From an uncultured Candidatus Saccharibacteria bacterium (lineage in GTDB: Bacteria > Patescibacteriota > Minisyncoccia > Minisyncoccales > GWA2-38-27), in the NCBI GenBank assembly GCA_964609075.1, contig CAZSQP010000002.1, forward strand, positions 72,235 through 136,234: a DNA stretch of 64,000 nt. The letters run 5' to 3'. Of this stretch, positions 8,141 to 17,346 are shown one piece after another. The position numbers and the translations under genes are program-made. Numbering within the stretch: position 1 is the first letter of the stretch; every line of letters starts with the position of its first letter. Below the pieces are notes generated by a model that did not search any database, was not told where the DNA came from, and worked only from the letters and a program-made list of their open reading frames with translations.

Positions 8141-10777
8141 ATGCTTTGGCATAATACAGATAAAGAAAAGGTTCTCAAAAAGTTAAAGTCTGATTCTGAT
8201 CAGGGCTTGTTTTTAGATGAGGTAAAAAAGAGACAAAAGGTCTATGGAAAGAATGTTTTAGCTAAAGAAAAGCCTCTTTCTAAGATTAAGCTTATTTTAA
8301 ACCAGTTTAAGAGTCCTTTAATATACGTTCTTGTTATGGCAGGAATAGTAGTTTTGTTTTTTAAAGAGTTTACAGATGCCATCGTTATTTTTGGAGCTGT
8401 GATTTTAAATACTATAGTGGGCTTTATCCAAGAAAACAAGGCTAACAAATCTTTAAGAGAGCTGAGAAAGGCGGTGGAGATAAAATGTAAAGTTGTAAGA
8501 GAGGGACATACTAGAGTTTTGAACTATGAGAATCTTGTTCCAGGAGATATTGTTCTTCTTGAGGCTGGAGATAAGGTTCCAGCTGACGGTAGGATTTTAA
8601 AAGAGGATGAATTAAAGATAAATGAAATGACCTTGACAGGAGAATGGATTCCGGCCTCTAAAAAAGTGAGAACCCTTAAGAAGGATACTCCTCTTCCAGA
8701 CAGAGACAATATGGTCTATATGGGTACTATTGTAGAGTCGGGAAGAGGGAAATTTATTGTAACAGATACGGGTTCCAAGACAGAGACAGGCAGAGTGGCT
8801 CAGATGGTAAAAGAGGCAGAAGAAGAAATGACACCCCTTCAGAAAAAGATAGCTAGGTTTGCCAAGATAGTAGGGGGGGTTATAGTTGTTGTAGCTTTCT
8901 TAATATTGATAGAAGGTATGATTACAGGAAATTCCTTTATTGAGATGTTTACTACAGCCGTAGCTGTAGCTGTAGCAGCTATCCCTGAGGGGCTTCCTGT
9001 TGCTGTAACAGTTATTCTCGCTATTGGCATGAGAAGGATTTTAAAGAAAAAGGGATTGGTCAGAAAACTTCTGGCAGCAGAGACTTTAGGAGGAACTTCT
9101 GTTATCTGTACAGACAAGACCCTGAGCTTAACGGAAGGTAAAATGAGAGTTGCAGAAGTTTTCACAGAGAAAAAAGGTAACCTTCTCGCTTTGAAAATAG
9201 CAAGCTTTGCCAACGAGGCTTTTATTGAAAATCCAGAAGACTCTATTAAAAAATGGATAGTTCGGGGAAGGCCTACAGATAAAGGGCTTCTTTTAGCTGG
9301 TATTGAGTCAGGTTTGAATAAGACAGAAATGGATTTAGAGACTCCCCAAATAGCAGATCTTCCTTTTAAGTCTGAGAATAAATTTATAGCTTCTTTAAAT
9401 AAGGAAAGCGATAGAAAAGAAGTTCTTTATATCTCAGGAGCTCCAGAGAATATTATTAAGATTTCCAAATTCTTTGCTTTTGGAAAGAAGAAAAAGAAAT
9501 TAAGCAAGACTCAAAAGAAAAAGATTGAAAAGAAATTGGATGAGATGACAGAAAAAGGATTGAGAGTAGTTGCTGTGGGGTATAAAAAGACAAGAGGGGA
9601 GAGGAAAAAGATTGAAGGCCTAGAGCCCAAAAAGAAAAATAAGGAGCTTCAATCTTTATGTAAAGATATTGTTTTTGTAGGATTAATAGGGTTGAAGGAT
9701 CCTTTAAGGAAAGGAGTGAAGAGAGCGATAAAAAAAGTCAGAAGTGCTGGTATGAGACCTGTTATTGTGACAGGAGATCATAAGCTGACAGCCGTAGCTG
9801 TAGGAAAAGAAATAGGGATAAAAGCGAGAAAAGAAAATGTTATAGAAGGTTCTGAACTTGATAAGCTTTCAGATAAAGAGTTTGAAAAGAAACTTTCTCA
9901 GATAGAGATATATGCTAGGGTAGAACCTAAACATAAAATGAGGATTGTTCAGGCTTGGCAGAGTAAGGGAGAGGTTGTTGCTATGACAGGAGATGGGGTA
10001 AATGACGCACCAGCTTTGAAAAAAGCAGATATTGGGGTGGCCTTGGGATCTGGTACTGGTGTAGCCAAGGAGGTTTCAGATCTTATTATTTTGAATAATA
10101 ACTTTAATGTTATAGTTTCAGCCATAGAAGAGGGAAGAAGGATATTGGATAATATTAGAAAGGTAATTACCTATTTGCTGTCCGATTCTTTTACAGAGAC
10201 TATTTTAATAGGAGGAAGCCTTTTGGTTGGTTTTCCTCTTCCTGTTACAGCTGTTCAAATATTATGGGTTAATATTATAGAGGATGGGCTTCCAGATATA
10301 GCTTTAGCCTTCGAACCCAAAGAAAAGGACTTGATGGAAAGAAAACCGCAAGGAAACAAAGAACCTCTCTTAAACAGAGAGATGAAAGCTATAATCTTTA
10401 TTATAGGACTTTTGACAGATATAGTTCTCTTAGGTTTGTTTTTCTGGCTCTGGAATAAAAACCATGATTTAGCTTATGTCCAGACTATGATCTTTGGAGC
10501 CTTAAGTATAGATTCCTTGTTTTATGTTTTCTCCTGTAAGAGTTTAAGGAGAAACTTATGGCATTTCAACCCTTTTTCAAATCGGTTATTGATTCTGTCG
10601 TGGATAGTGGGAATAATTCTTTTGGTAGGAGCTGTTTATTTAGGTCCTCTTCAGAAGCTTTTGGGAACAGTCCCTCTGGGCTTAAAGGATTTGTTCTTTA
10701 TTCTCGGTTTAGGGGCTGCAAAATTAGTTCTAATTGAGTTTACTAAATGGATTTTTATTGTAAGACATAGAACATGA
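8141..10777 (+). CDS. P-type (type II, Ca2+/cation) ATPase with a variant phosphorylation motif
   Basis: LTGEW (TGE), IPEGLP, ICTDKTLSLTEGKM (where DKTGTLT is expected), TGDHKLTA, GDGVNDAPALKKADIGVA, and about 10 TM segments. Confidence 0.9.
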   Translation: MLWHNTDKEKVLKKLKSDSDQGLFLDEVKKRQKVYGKNVLAKEKPLSKIKLILNQFKSPLIYVLVMAGIVVLFFKEFTDAIVIFGAVILNTIVGFIQENKANKSLRELRKAVEIKCKVVREGHTRVLNYENLVPGDIVLLEAGDKVPADGRILKEDELKINEMTLTGEWIPASKKVRTLKKDTPLPDRDNMVYMGTIVESGRGKFIVTDTGSKTETGRVAQMVKEAEEEMTPLQKKIARFAKIVGGVIVVVAFLILIEGMITGNSFIEMFTTAVAVAVAAIPEGLPVAVTVILAIGMRRILKKKGLVRKLLAAETLGGTSVICTDKTLSLTEGKMRVAEVFTEKKGNLLALKIASFANEAFIENPEDSIKKWIVRGRPTDKGLLLAGIESGLNKTEMDLETPQIADLPFKSENKFIASLNKESDRKEVLYISGAPENIIKISKFFAFGKKKKKLSKTQKKKIEKKLDEMTEKGLRVVAVGYKKTRGERKKIEGLEPKKKNKELQSLCKDIVFVGLIGLKDPLRKGVKRAIKKVRSAGMRPVIVTGDHKLTAVAVGKEIGIKARKENVIEGSELDKLSDKEFEKKLSQIEIYARVEPKHKMRIVQAWQSKGEVVAMTGDGVNDAPALKKADIGVALGSGTGVAKEVSDLIILNNNFNVIVSAIEEGRRILDNIRKVITYLLSDSFTETILIGGSLLVGFPLPVTAVQILWVNIIEDGLPDIALAFEPKEKDLMERKPQGNKEPLLNREMKAIIFIIGLLTDIVLLGLFFWLWNKNHDLAYVQTMIFGALSIDSLFYVFSCKSLRRNLWHFNPFSNRLLILSWIVGIILLVGAVYLGPLQKLLGTVPLGLKDLFFILGLGAAKLVLIEFTKWIFIVRHRT

Positions 10778-11730
10778 TATTTATACACATTCTAATTTTT
10801 ATAGCGTCTGTAGTAATTCTTTTCTGGTCAGGTCCCAAATTAGTTAAAGCTTTAATGAGAATGGCTAGGTTTTTAGGCTGGCGAGAATTTGTAGTTGCCT
10901 TTTTTGTAATGGCTATTGCTGGAGCTATTCCTAATCTTTTTGTTGGTATTAGTTCTGTTTTGGAAGGAATACCGGAGCTTTCTTTTGGAGATATTGTCGG
11001 AGGGAATGTAATAGATCTTACCTTGGCCGTAGCTTTAGCTATTTTAATCGGGGGCTCAGCTTTACCCGCTAGAAGCAAAATGGTCCAGAGTAGCGCTATT
11101 TTTACTGTAATAGTAGCAGTTTTTCCTCTTTTACTTATTCTTGATGGAAAGCTGGGAAGAATAGATGGAGCAGTTTTAGTTTCAGCTTTTATCTTTTATG
11201 TAATATGGCTTTTTTCTAAAGAAGAAAGATTTAGAAAAACCTATAACCAAAAAAAGAGGAAAAAGGGAAGGTTTAAAGGATTTTTAAAAGATATAGGGAA
11301 AGTATTTTTCTTTCTTTTTCTTCTTTTAATAGCAGCTCAAGGAATAGTTTCTTCTGCTGAAGCTTTTTCTAAAACTCTGAATATATCTTTGCCTGTAGTT
11401 GGTATTCTTATTGTGGGAGCGGGGAATGCTCTTCCTGAGATTTACTTTGCAGTTGTTTCTGCCAGAAGAAGACAGAACTGGCTTATACTAGGAGACTTAA
11501 TGGGCTCTGTAGCTGTTTGCGCTACTTTAATTTTAGGCATTGTGGCTCTTCTTTCTCCTATTGTAGTTCCTGACTTTTCTCCTTTTGCCATAGCCAGATT
11601 CTTTTTGGTTATTTCAGCTGTTTTCTTTTTTGTAATAGTTAAAACAGACGAAAAGATAAGCAGAAAAGAAGGGGTTGTTCTTCTCTTAATATATATTCTC
11701 TTTTTGGTAGCTGAAATTATGATCAGGTAG
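10774..11730 (+). CDS. CaCA-family Na+/Ca2+ exchanger-like membrane protein
   Basis: Two alpha-repeat-like motifs (GDIVGGNVIDLTLAVAL and GAGNALPEIYFAVVSA) separated by a basic loop. It overlaps the ATPase stop by 4 nt. Confidence 0.8.
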   Translation: MIFIHILIFIASVVILFWSGPKLVKALMRMARFLGWREFVVAFFVMAIAGAIPNLFVGISSVLEGIPELSFGDIVGGNVIDLTLAVALAILIGGSALPARSKMVQSSAIFTVIVAVFPLLLILDGKLGRIDGAVLVSAFIFYVIWLFSKEERFRKTYNQKKRKKGRFKGFLKDIGKVFFFLFLLLIAAQGIVSSAEAFSKTLNISLPVVGILIVGAGNALPEIYFAVVSARRRQNWLILGDLMGSVAVCATLILGIVALLSPIVVPDFSPFAIARFFLVISAVFFFVIVKTDEKISRKEGVVLLLIYILFLVAEIMIR

Positions 11731-11789
11731 CTTTACTTTGTTTTTAAAAAGAGAGATAATAGAGTATATAAGGTTAATAAGTAATTATT

Positions 11790-12284
11790 ATGACAAAGGG
11801 AATATCAACATTTTTCGCTATCTTAGTTGTAGGCATTATAGCTGTAATAGGCTTTACTATTCTTTATTCTTATCAGTATATTTGGTATCCGGAGGAAGTA
11901 ACCACTACTAACCAATTTAAAGTTAAAAGTCCCCAACAGACAGTCCTCGACTTTTACAAATGTTATATCAAAGGAAGAGAGGAAATGAAGGGGATTAAGG
12001 GAGCTTTAGAAGATTGTAATGGCTTAGAAAAGTCTTTTAAAGAAGATATCATAGCTCATACAGAAGGAGAAATTCAGTTTAAAGGCTATGATCCGATACT
12101 TTTTGCTCAAGACTCTCCTGGTCTAGAAAGTGTTCAGGCAGAGCAAATATCACCGGAAAATGGCAAGATTATAGTAATAGTTACTTTTAATCCTAGCTGG
12201 CCTGATCATAAGGTCAAGACTTATCTTCAGAGGTTAGGCAGCAAATGGAAAATTACTGGCATGGAGGATATAACTGAAGAGTAG
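11790..12284 (+). CDS. hypothetical membrane-anchored protein, member 1 of the KGISTFFAILVVGIIA N-terminus family
   Basis: 164 aa. The N-terminus MTKGISTFFAILVVGIIAVIGFTILYSYQYIW is shared with the ORFs at 50131 and 51222. The C-terminal domain is unrelated to theirs. Confidence 0.6.
   Translation: MTKGISTFFAILVVGIIAVIGFTILYSYQYIWYPEEVTTTNQFKVKSPQQTVLDFYKCYIKGREEMKGIKGALEDCNGLEKSFKEDIIAHTEGEIQFKGYDPILFAQDSPGLESVQAEQISPENGKIIVIVTFNPSWPDHKVKTYLQRLGSKWKITGMEDITEE
11805..11885 (+). repeat. 81-nt conserved block, copy 1 (encodes the N-terminal anchor)
   Basis: tcaacatttttcgctatcttagttgtaggcattatagctgtaataggctttac.attctttattcttatcagtatatttgg. It shows 1 mismatch to 51243-51323 and about 6 to 50152-50232. 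Confidence 0.9.
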
Positions 12285-12291
12285 TTTTTAG

Positions 12292-12323
12292 AAAATCAAC
12301 TCTTTTTAGGGTTGATTTTTTAT
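12292..12323 (+). terminator. rho-independent terminator
   Basis: aatcaac (12294-12300) pairs with gttgatt (12311-12317), followed by ttttatt. Confidence 0.7.
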
Positions 12324-12348
12324 TGGAAAAGTTATAGGATAGATTAAT

Positions 12349-13377
12349 ATGGATTTTGTAATACCTCTTTTGATTTTAATAATTATAGGTTTGGCAGCGG
12401 TTATCTTTCTCCTATTAAAGAGGAGGTCCGGAAAAGATCAGTCTCTTTTGATGATGCAGCAGCAGCTTAATCATTTGAGCGATGTAATGGAAAACAAGCT
12501 TTCAGAATCGACTAAGGCTATGCAGGATCAATCCCACCAGACTTCAAAGATTGTAAGGGATGTTACAGAAAAATTAACCAAGCTGGATGAGACTAACAAG
12601 CAGGTTATAGGATTTGCTGAGCAGCTTCAATCATTAGAGAATATACTTAAAAATCCAAAACAGAGAGGCGTTTTAGGAGAATACTATTTAGAGGAGTTAT
12701 TAAAGAATGTTTTCAGTCCTACTCAGTATCAGCTTCAGTATCAGTTTAAAGATGGAGAAACGGTTGATGCTGTAATATTTTTAGGAAAAGACAAGATAAT
12801 TCCTATTGATTCTAAATTCTCTCTGGAAAACTACAATAGAATAATAGGAGAAAAAGATCCTCAAAGAAGAGAAGAATTAGCCAAGAAAGTAAGGAATGAT
12901 CTTAAAAACAGAATTGATGAGACTTCAAAGTATATAAGGCCTAACGAGAAAACATTAGAATTTGCTTTTATGTTTATACCGGCTGAAGCTGTCTATTATG
13001 ATTTATTAATTAATAAGGTAGGAGCCATAAAAAGCAATACCAGAAACCTTGTAGATTACGCTATTAGAGAGAAACATGTTCATATTGTCTCTCCAACCTC
13101 TTTTTACGCTTATCTTCAGACAATATTACAGGGCTTAAGAGCTTTACAGATAGAGAAATCAGCTAAAGAGATAAGGAAAAGAGTTGAAGTTCTAGGTCGT
13201 CACATTTCAAATTATGAAGAATATTTAAAAAAAATAGGTAAGAATTTGGGAGCTACTGTCAACAGCTATAATTCAGCTTACAAATCCTTTGGAAGAATAG
13301 ACAAGGATGTAATGAAAATTACAGATAAAAAAGGAAAGGTAAAGGTAAAAGAGCTGGACAGGCCCCAAACAGAATAA
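12349..13377 (+). CDS. rmuC: DNA recombination protein RmuC
   Basis: N-terminal TM, a long coiled-coil, then an RmuC-type core (QRGVLGEYYLEELL, VDAVIFL..IPIDSKF, MFIPAEAVY). Confidence 0.8.
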   Translation: MDFVIPLLILIIIGLAAVIFLLLKRRSGKDQSLLMMQQQLNHLSDVMENKLSESTKAMQDQSHQTSKIVRDVTEKLTKLDETNKQVIGFAEQLQSLENILKNPKQRGVLGEYYLEELLKNVFSPTQYQLQYQFKDGETVDAVIFLGKDKIIPIDSKFSLENYNRIIGEKDPQRREELAKKVRNDLKNRIDETSKYIRPNEKTLEFAFMFIPAEAVYYDLLINKVGAIKSNTRNLVDYAIREKHVHIVSPTSFYAYLQTILQGLRALQIEKSAKEIRKRVEVLGRHISNYEEYLKKIGKNLGATVNSYNSAYKSFGRIDKDVMKITDKKGKVKVKELDRPQTE

Positions 13378-13378
13378 T

Positions 13379-13690
13379 ATGTTAGCTGTAATAAAGACGG
13401 GAGGAAAGCAATATCTGGTTTCCCCCGGAGACAAAATTAAAATAGAGAAGATAGAAGGTAAAGAGGGTAAAGAAATTACCTTTAAAGAGGTTTTACTTTT
13501 AGAGAAGAATAAAAAGCTTGAGATAGGGGAGCCTAAAGTAAAGGGAGCCAAGGTAACAGGAGAGATTCTAAAGCAAGGTAAAAGGAATAAGGTAACAGTT
13601 TATAAATACAAGCCTAAGAAGCGTCAGAAGACAAAAAAGGGTCACAGGCAGCCCTTTACAGAGGTTGAGATCAAAAAGATGGAGATGTAA
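13379..13690 (+). CDS. rplU: 50S ribosomal protein L21
   Basis: MLAVIKTGGKQYLVSPGDKIKIEK... and a basic C-terminus (KPKKRQKTKKGHRQPFTEV). Confidence 0.9.
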   Translation: MLAVIKTGGKQYLVSPGDKIKIEKIEGKEGKEITFKEVLLLEKNKKLEIGEPKVKGAKVTGEILKQGKRNKVTVYKYKPKKRQKTKKGHRQPFTEVEIKKMEM

Positions 13691-13693
13691 AAT

Positions 13694-13720
13694 AAAGCCC
13701 CTAACGTTTAGGGGCTTTTT
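13694..13720. terminator. bidirectional rho-independent terminator
   Basis: gcccctaa (13697-13704) pairs with ttaggggc (13708-13715). A-run upstream and T-run downstream. It serves rplU (+) and the minus-strand small-gene pair. Confidence 0.8.
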
Positions 13721-13916
13721 GGGTGCTTGAATATCGAAGGGCCAAAGCCCATACGATATCCAGCACGAGAGCGATAGCTAGACCTCCGAAAGAGACCCAG
13801 CTGTCCTCTACAGGCTCTGGAGCTGTTCCTTGGAATAGGGGAATCCCTACGATGGTCATCCCCATAATAGCTCCAAAGAAAAGAATCCAGAAAAGACACT
13901 TCTCGTCCCTGTCCAT
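13701..13916 (-). CDS. small two-TM membrane protein (G+C-rich cassette)
   Basis: 71 aa, MDRDEKCLFWILFFGAIMGMTIVGIPLF...GGLAIALVLDIVWALAL. SD aaaggag lies 6-7 nt upstream and the stop sits inside the terminator hairpin. Confidence 0.55.
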   Translation of the reverse strand: MDRDEKCLFWILFFGAIMGMTIVGIPLFQGTAPEPVEDSWVSFGGLAIALVLDIVWALALRYSSTQKAPKR

Positions 13917-13958
13917 TCTTCGTCTCCTTTCTTTCCGTTGGCAGCGGGCAGAAAGGAT

Positions 13959-14114
13959 TTAGACAAAAGCTACAGCGATGGCTGCTCCCAGCAGAAGAGA
14001 GAGGCCGGTAATGATCCACCAGGCCATTCTCTTACTATAACTGGTAGCATGTCCCCTGTGCTTTCTTCGGGGACCTTGGTTCATCACATCTACTGCTTGT
14101 GCTTGGCTACGCAT
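13959..14114 (-). CDS. small basic protein with a C-terminal TM (51 aa; below the ORF-track cutoff)
   Basis: My translation is MRSQAQAVDVMNQGPRRKHRGHATSYSKRMAWWIITGLSLLLGAAIAVAFV. SD ggagg lies 5 nt upstream and a perfect sigma70-type promoter sits at 14149-14177. Confidence 0.45.
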   Translation of the reverse strand: MRSQAQAVDVMNQGPRRKHRGHATSYSKRMAWWIITGLSLLLGAAIAVAFV

Positions 14115-14148
14115 GACAACCTCCTTTATTAAAGTGCTTTTGATTACT

Positions 14149-14177
14149 ATTATACTATATTATTTTAGCTATGTCAA
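14149..14177 (-). promoter_or_regulatory. consensus sigma70-type promoter (minus strand)
   Basis: The minus strand reads TTGACA (14177-14172), a 17-nt spacer, then TATAAT (14154-14149). Confidence 0.7.
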
Positions 14178-14182
14178 TAGCA

Positions 14183-14211
14183 TTGCTGGAGATTTCTAAA
14201 AAAGGTATACT
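14183..14211 (+). promoter_or_regulatory. sigma70-type promoter for the triple-HTH gene
   Basis: TTGCTG (14183-14188), 17 nt, TATACT (14206-14211). It lies inside the ORF-track N-terminus, which supports the ATG 14252 start. Confidence 0.6.
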
Positions 14212-14251
14212 GTTTAAAAGAACCTTTAAAACAGAAGAAAGGGGAATAGCA

Positions 14252-15310
14252 ATGAGAGGATTTGAAACTCTCGATTCTCTGCTTCATTACGCTCGGCTTT
14301 TCGAGAAAGCTATTAAAAACTATCAGGAAAGCAACAATGGAAGACTGCCTACCCAGCAAGAACTGGTAGAAATTTTAAGTATAGAGAGGACCAAAATTTC
14401 AAGGATGATTCCTGCGATTAACAGGGCAGATTTGGGGATAATTATTAGGACTTTTAGATCTGGTCAGAAGAAAGCGACTTCTGTTAGCGATCAAGAGATT
14501 CGTGAAACTTACAACGGGTTTCTCAATGAGAGTTCTGTTTTGCCAACCCAAAAAGAGCTGGCCGATTCCCTCGGCATAGCTCTCTCTGTCTTGTCTAGAA
14601 GAATTAGAAGGCTGAACCGGGACAAGAGTTTGCCGCCTGTTATTACAAAAGGAATGGGCAGAGCAGACAACAGGAAGCGAAAGAGGGATAACTTTTGCTT
14701 TTCCAGGTTGGTAGATACGGTTCAAGAATATAGAAGGGGACATCAGAAACAGCTACCCAACCAGGATGAACTGGCTGGAATATTAGGTGTTTCCCAGCAT
14801 GCTGTTTCTTATCAGCTCAAGAAAGTAAATATAGAAAGGCTGTCCCAAGGGAGAATTTTCATTCGAACCCGGGGAAGCAGAGAATTTACCAAGCTCCAAG
14901 AAAGCAAAAAGGTTGGAAGTTCTGCTGCCGCCTTTTCAGAATTAAGGGGAGCGGTAAGAATTCTCTTTGGCTGGCTAAACAGCGTCCTTAAAGACAGAGA
15001 TCTGCTGAAGGATTTAAACGGGGGGCATCTCAGCTCAGTCGTTTTGATAAGGGATTTTTTTATTGCTTGTAAAAAGGCCCTAAAGATATTTTTACAAAGA
15101 GAAGCATTTTTTGTTTTCCCTTTGGCAGAAGAAAACCGAGGATATTGTAGTGGAGATAAGCTTTATCTTTGCGAGTGTTTTGTGGAACCGAAGAAAAAGA
15201 GATACCAAGGAACTCGCTTTCTAGCCGAGATTCTTTTTTACACCCTTATCTCTTCTCTTTTTTCTTCCCAGAGTTTGATAGAAAAGATGATGGAAAAGGT
15301 AATAAAATAA
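14252..15310 (+). CDS. protein with three tandem HTH modules (putative DNA-binding regulator)
   Basis: Three repeats: LPTQQELVEILSIERTKISRMIPAINR / LPTQKELADSLGIALSVLSRRIRRLNR / LPNQDELAGILGVSQHAVSYQLKKVNI. SD aaagggg precedes ATG 14252 (the ORF-track start is 14171). Confidence 0.65.
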   Translation: MRGFETLDSLLHYARLFEKAIKNYQESNNGRLPTQQELVEILSIERTKISRMIPAINRADLGIIIRTFRSGQKKATSVSDQEIRETYNGFLNESSVLPTQKELADSLGIALSVLSRRIRRLNRDKSLPPVITKGMGRADNRKRKRDNFCFSRLVDTVQEYRRGHQKQLPNQDELAGILGVSQHAVSYQLKKVNIERLSQGRIFIRTRGSREFTKLQESKKVGSSAAAFSELRGAVRILFGWLNSVLKDRDLLKDLNGGHLSSVVLIRDFFIACKKALKIFLQREAFFVFPLAEENRGYCSGDKLYLCECFVEPKKKRYQGTRFLAEILFYTLISSLFSSQSLIEKMMEKVIK

Positions 15311-15348
15311 AAGCCTGCCGAAGATAAGTTTGGCGGGCTCTTTGTTTT
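15311..15348. terminator. bidirectional terminator
   Basis: agcctgcc (15312-15319) pairs with ggcgggct (15332-15339), followed by ctttgtttt. It lies between convergent genes. Confidence 0.7.
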
Positions 15349-15967
15349 ACTTTCTTCCTTCAAAGGCGTCCTCTAAGGTCTGTTCGTCAGCATACTCTAA
15401 TTCTCCTCCTGTGGGAAGACCTCTTCCTAAACGAGTTATTTTAATATCTAAATCTTTTAGTTTTCTCTCTAACAGAAGAGCTGTAGTTTCTCCTTCTGTT
15501 GTGGGATTGGTAGCTATTATTATTTCTTTAAAATCAGCTTTCAGCCCAAATTTCTCAGGATTTTTTATTCTTTCTTTTAATTCTTCCAATCTTATCTTCT
15601 CAATATCTTCTTTTTTTAAATTAGAAACAGTTCCTCCCAAAATAAAATAATATCCTTTGTATTTCTTGGTTTTTTCTATTGAAGTTAGATCAGTTTCTTT
15701 CTCTACTATGCAAAGAAGGTTTTTATCTCTTGATTTATTTTGGCAAATAGGGCAGAGGTCTTCTTTGTTTGAGGGCTCAAAAGAATTAAAACAGAAAGAA
15801 CATACTTTAATGTTCCCTTTTAAATTATTTAGAGCTTCAATTAACTCTTTAAAGTCTTTTTGAGGAAGATGAATAAGATAATATATAAATCGAGAGGCTG
15901 TTCTCGGTCCTACAGTAGGGAATTTAGAAAAAAGATCTATCAGCTTTTTAATAGAAGAAGGATGCAT
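15347..15967 (-). CDS. recR: recombination protein RecR
   Basis: PTVGPRTASRFIYYL (HhH), a Cys4 zinc finger (CSFCFN...CPICQN) and a Toprim segment (LCIVEKETD...ATNPTTEGE). Confidence 0.9.
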   Translation of the reverse strand: MHPSSIKKLIDLFSKFPTVGPRTASRFIYYLIHLPQKDFKELIEALNNLKGNIKVCSFCFNSFEPSNKEDLCPICQNKSRDKNLLCIVEKETDLTSIEKTKKYKGYYFILGGTVSNLKKEDIEKIRLEELKERIKNPEKFGLKADFKEIIIATNPTTEGETTALLLERKLKDLDIKITRLGRGLPTGGELEYADEQTLEDAFEGRK

Positions 15968-17331
15968 TATTTTTGGTCTGTAAGATATTCTTCTTTTTCT
16001 AGATTTCTGAAAGTAGCCCTCTGTTCGTCAAAATAGAGTTCAGCTTTTCCAATCGGCCCGTTTCTATGCTTAGCTATAATAATATCAGCTATGTTCTTTC
16101 TTGTTGTGTCTTCTCTGTATCTGTCTTCTCTATAAATAAACATTACTGCATCCGCATCCTGTTCAAGACTTCCACTGTCACGAAGGTCGGCTAATTTAGG
16201 AATTTGAGGAGTTCTATGTTCAACTAATCTTGAAAGTTGTGAGAGAGCCAGAACAGGGATATTCAGTTCTCTTGCTAGACCTTTTAGAGACCTAGAGATT
16301 TCTGTTACCTGCTGGACGATGCTGGCTGCAGAATCTCTGGGGGATACTAATTGAAGATAATCTATAATTATTAATCCCAGTCCATGTTGAGCTTGAAGTC
16401 TTCTGGCCATAGCTCTCATCTGGAGAACATTGGCTGTGGCAGCGTCATCAACATAAATAGGGGCCTCGGAGAGCGTTCCCATAGCGTGCTGTATTCTGGT
16501 AAAGTCGTTGTTTTCGCCTTCACTTTTAAGTTTTCCAGTTCTTAACTTCCAAAGATCTACGTTGGATAAACTGGCTATTAATCTGTCAGCCAGCTGATCT
16601 TTTGACATTTCTAAGCTAAAGATACCTACGGGCGTTTTGGTATCTACAGCGACATTAGTTGCAATATTTAAAGCTAAGCTTGTTTTTCCCATTGAGGGTC
16701 TTGAGGCTAAAATGACAAGGTCTGACTTCTGGAGACCGGCTAACATATTATCTAAGCTTTTAAATCCTGTAGGAAGGCCTCTTAGTCCTCCTTTTTCTTT
16801 TGAAAGTCTGTCCATTCTTTCAAAAGCCTCTTCTAGGGTTGATTTTATAGGGGTGAATTTTTGGGTTAAGCCCTGCTGAGCTATACTGAATATTCTCTGT
16901 TCCGCTTTATCTAAAAGAACCTCAATGTCTTCTTCTTCACTGTATCCCAAAGAATTTATCTCCTGGCTTGATTCTATTAAATCTCTTAAGACTCTCTTTC
17001 TTTGAACTGTCTTAGCATAATCTATTATATGGGCTGCTGTTGGCACCTTGTTTACTAATTCTGTAAGATAGCTATTTCCTCCTATTTCTTTTAGAAGTTT
17101 TTTCTCTTTTAATCTATTGGTTAAAGATAGAAGATCTACAGCTTCTCCTTTTTCAAAAAGTTCTGTTACCGTTTTATATATTTCCTGATGACTCTTTTTA
17201 TAGAAGTCTTTTGGGGTTAAAAAGTCTGCTATTTTAGTTATAGCATTCTTGTCTATTAAAAGGCATCCTAGAACCGATTGTTCAGTCTCAATATTTTGTG
17301 GGGGCAATTGTGATTTTTTTCCTGCCATCAT
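15967..17331 (-). CDS. dnaB: replicative DNA helicase DnaB
   Basis: PPQNIETEQSVLGCLL N-terminal domain, Walker A SRPSMGKTSLALN, IIDYLQL, SQLSR and the Arg finger region. Confidence 0.92.
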   Translation of the reverse strand: MMAGKKSQLPPQNIETEQSVLGCLLIDKNAITKIADFLTPKDFYKKSHQEIYKTVTELFEKGEAVDLLSLTNRLKEKKLLKEIGGNSYLTELVNKVPTAAHIIDYAKTVQRKRVLRDLIESSQEINSLGYSEEEDIEVLLDKAEQRIFSIAQQGLTQKFTPIKSTLEEAFERMDRLSKEKGGLRGLPTGFKSLDNMLAGLQKSDLVILASRPSMGKTSLALNIATNVAVDTKTPVGIFSLEMSKDQLADRLIASLSNVDLWKLRTGKLKSEGENNDFTRIQHAMGTLSEAPIYVDDAATANVLQMRAMARRLQAQHGLGLIIIDYLQLVSPRDSAASIVQQVTEISRSLKGLARELNIPVLALSQLSRLVEHRTPQIPKLADLRDSGSLEQDADAVMFIYREDRYREDTTRKNIADIIIAKHRNGPIGKAELYFDEQRATFRNLEKEEYLTDQK

Positions 17332-17346
17332 TTTCTTTATAGCAGA

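Noticed and set aside
13708-14132. ORF-track entries 13708-14019 (-), 13723-13962 (+) and 13938-14132 (+)
   Set aside because: They overlap one another in a G+C-rich segment. Only the 71-aa and 51-aa minus-strand frames have SD sequences, a consensus promoter and TM-like products.
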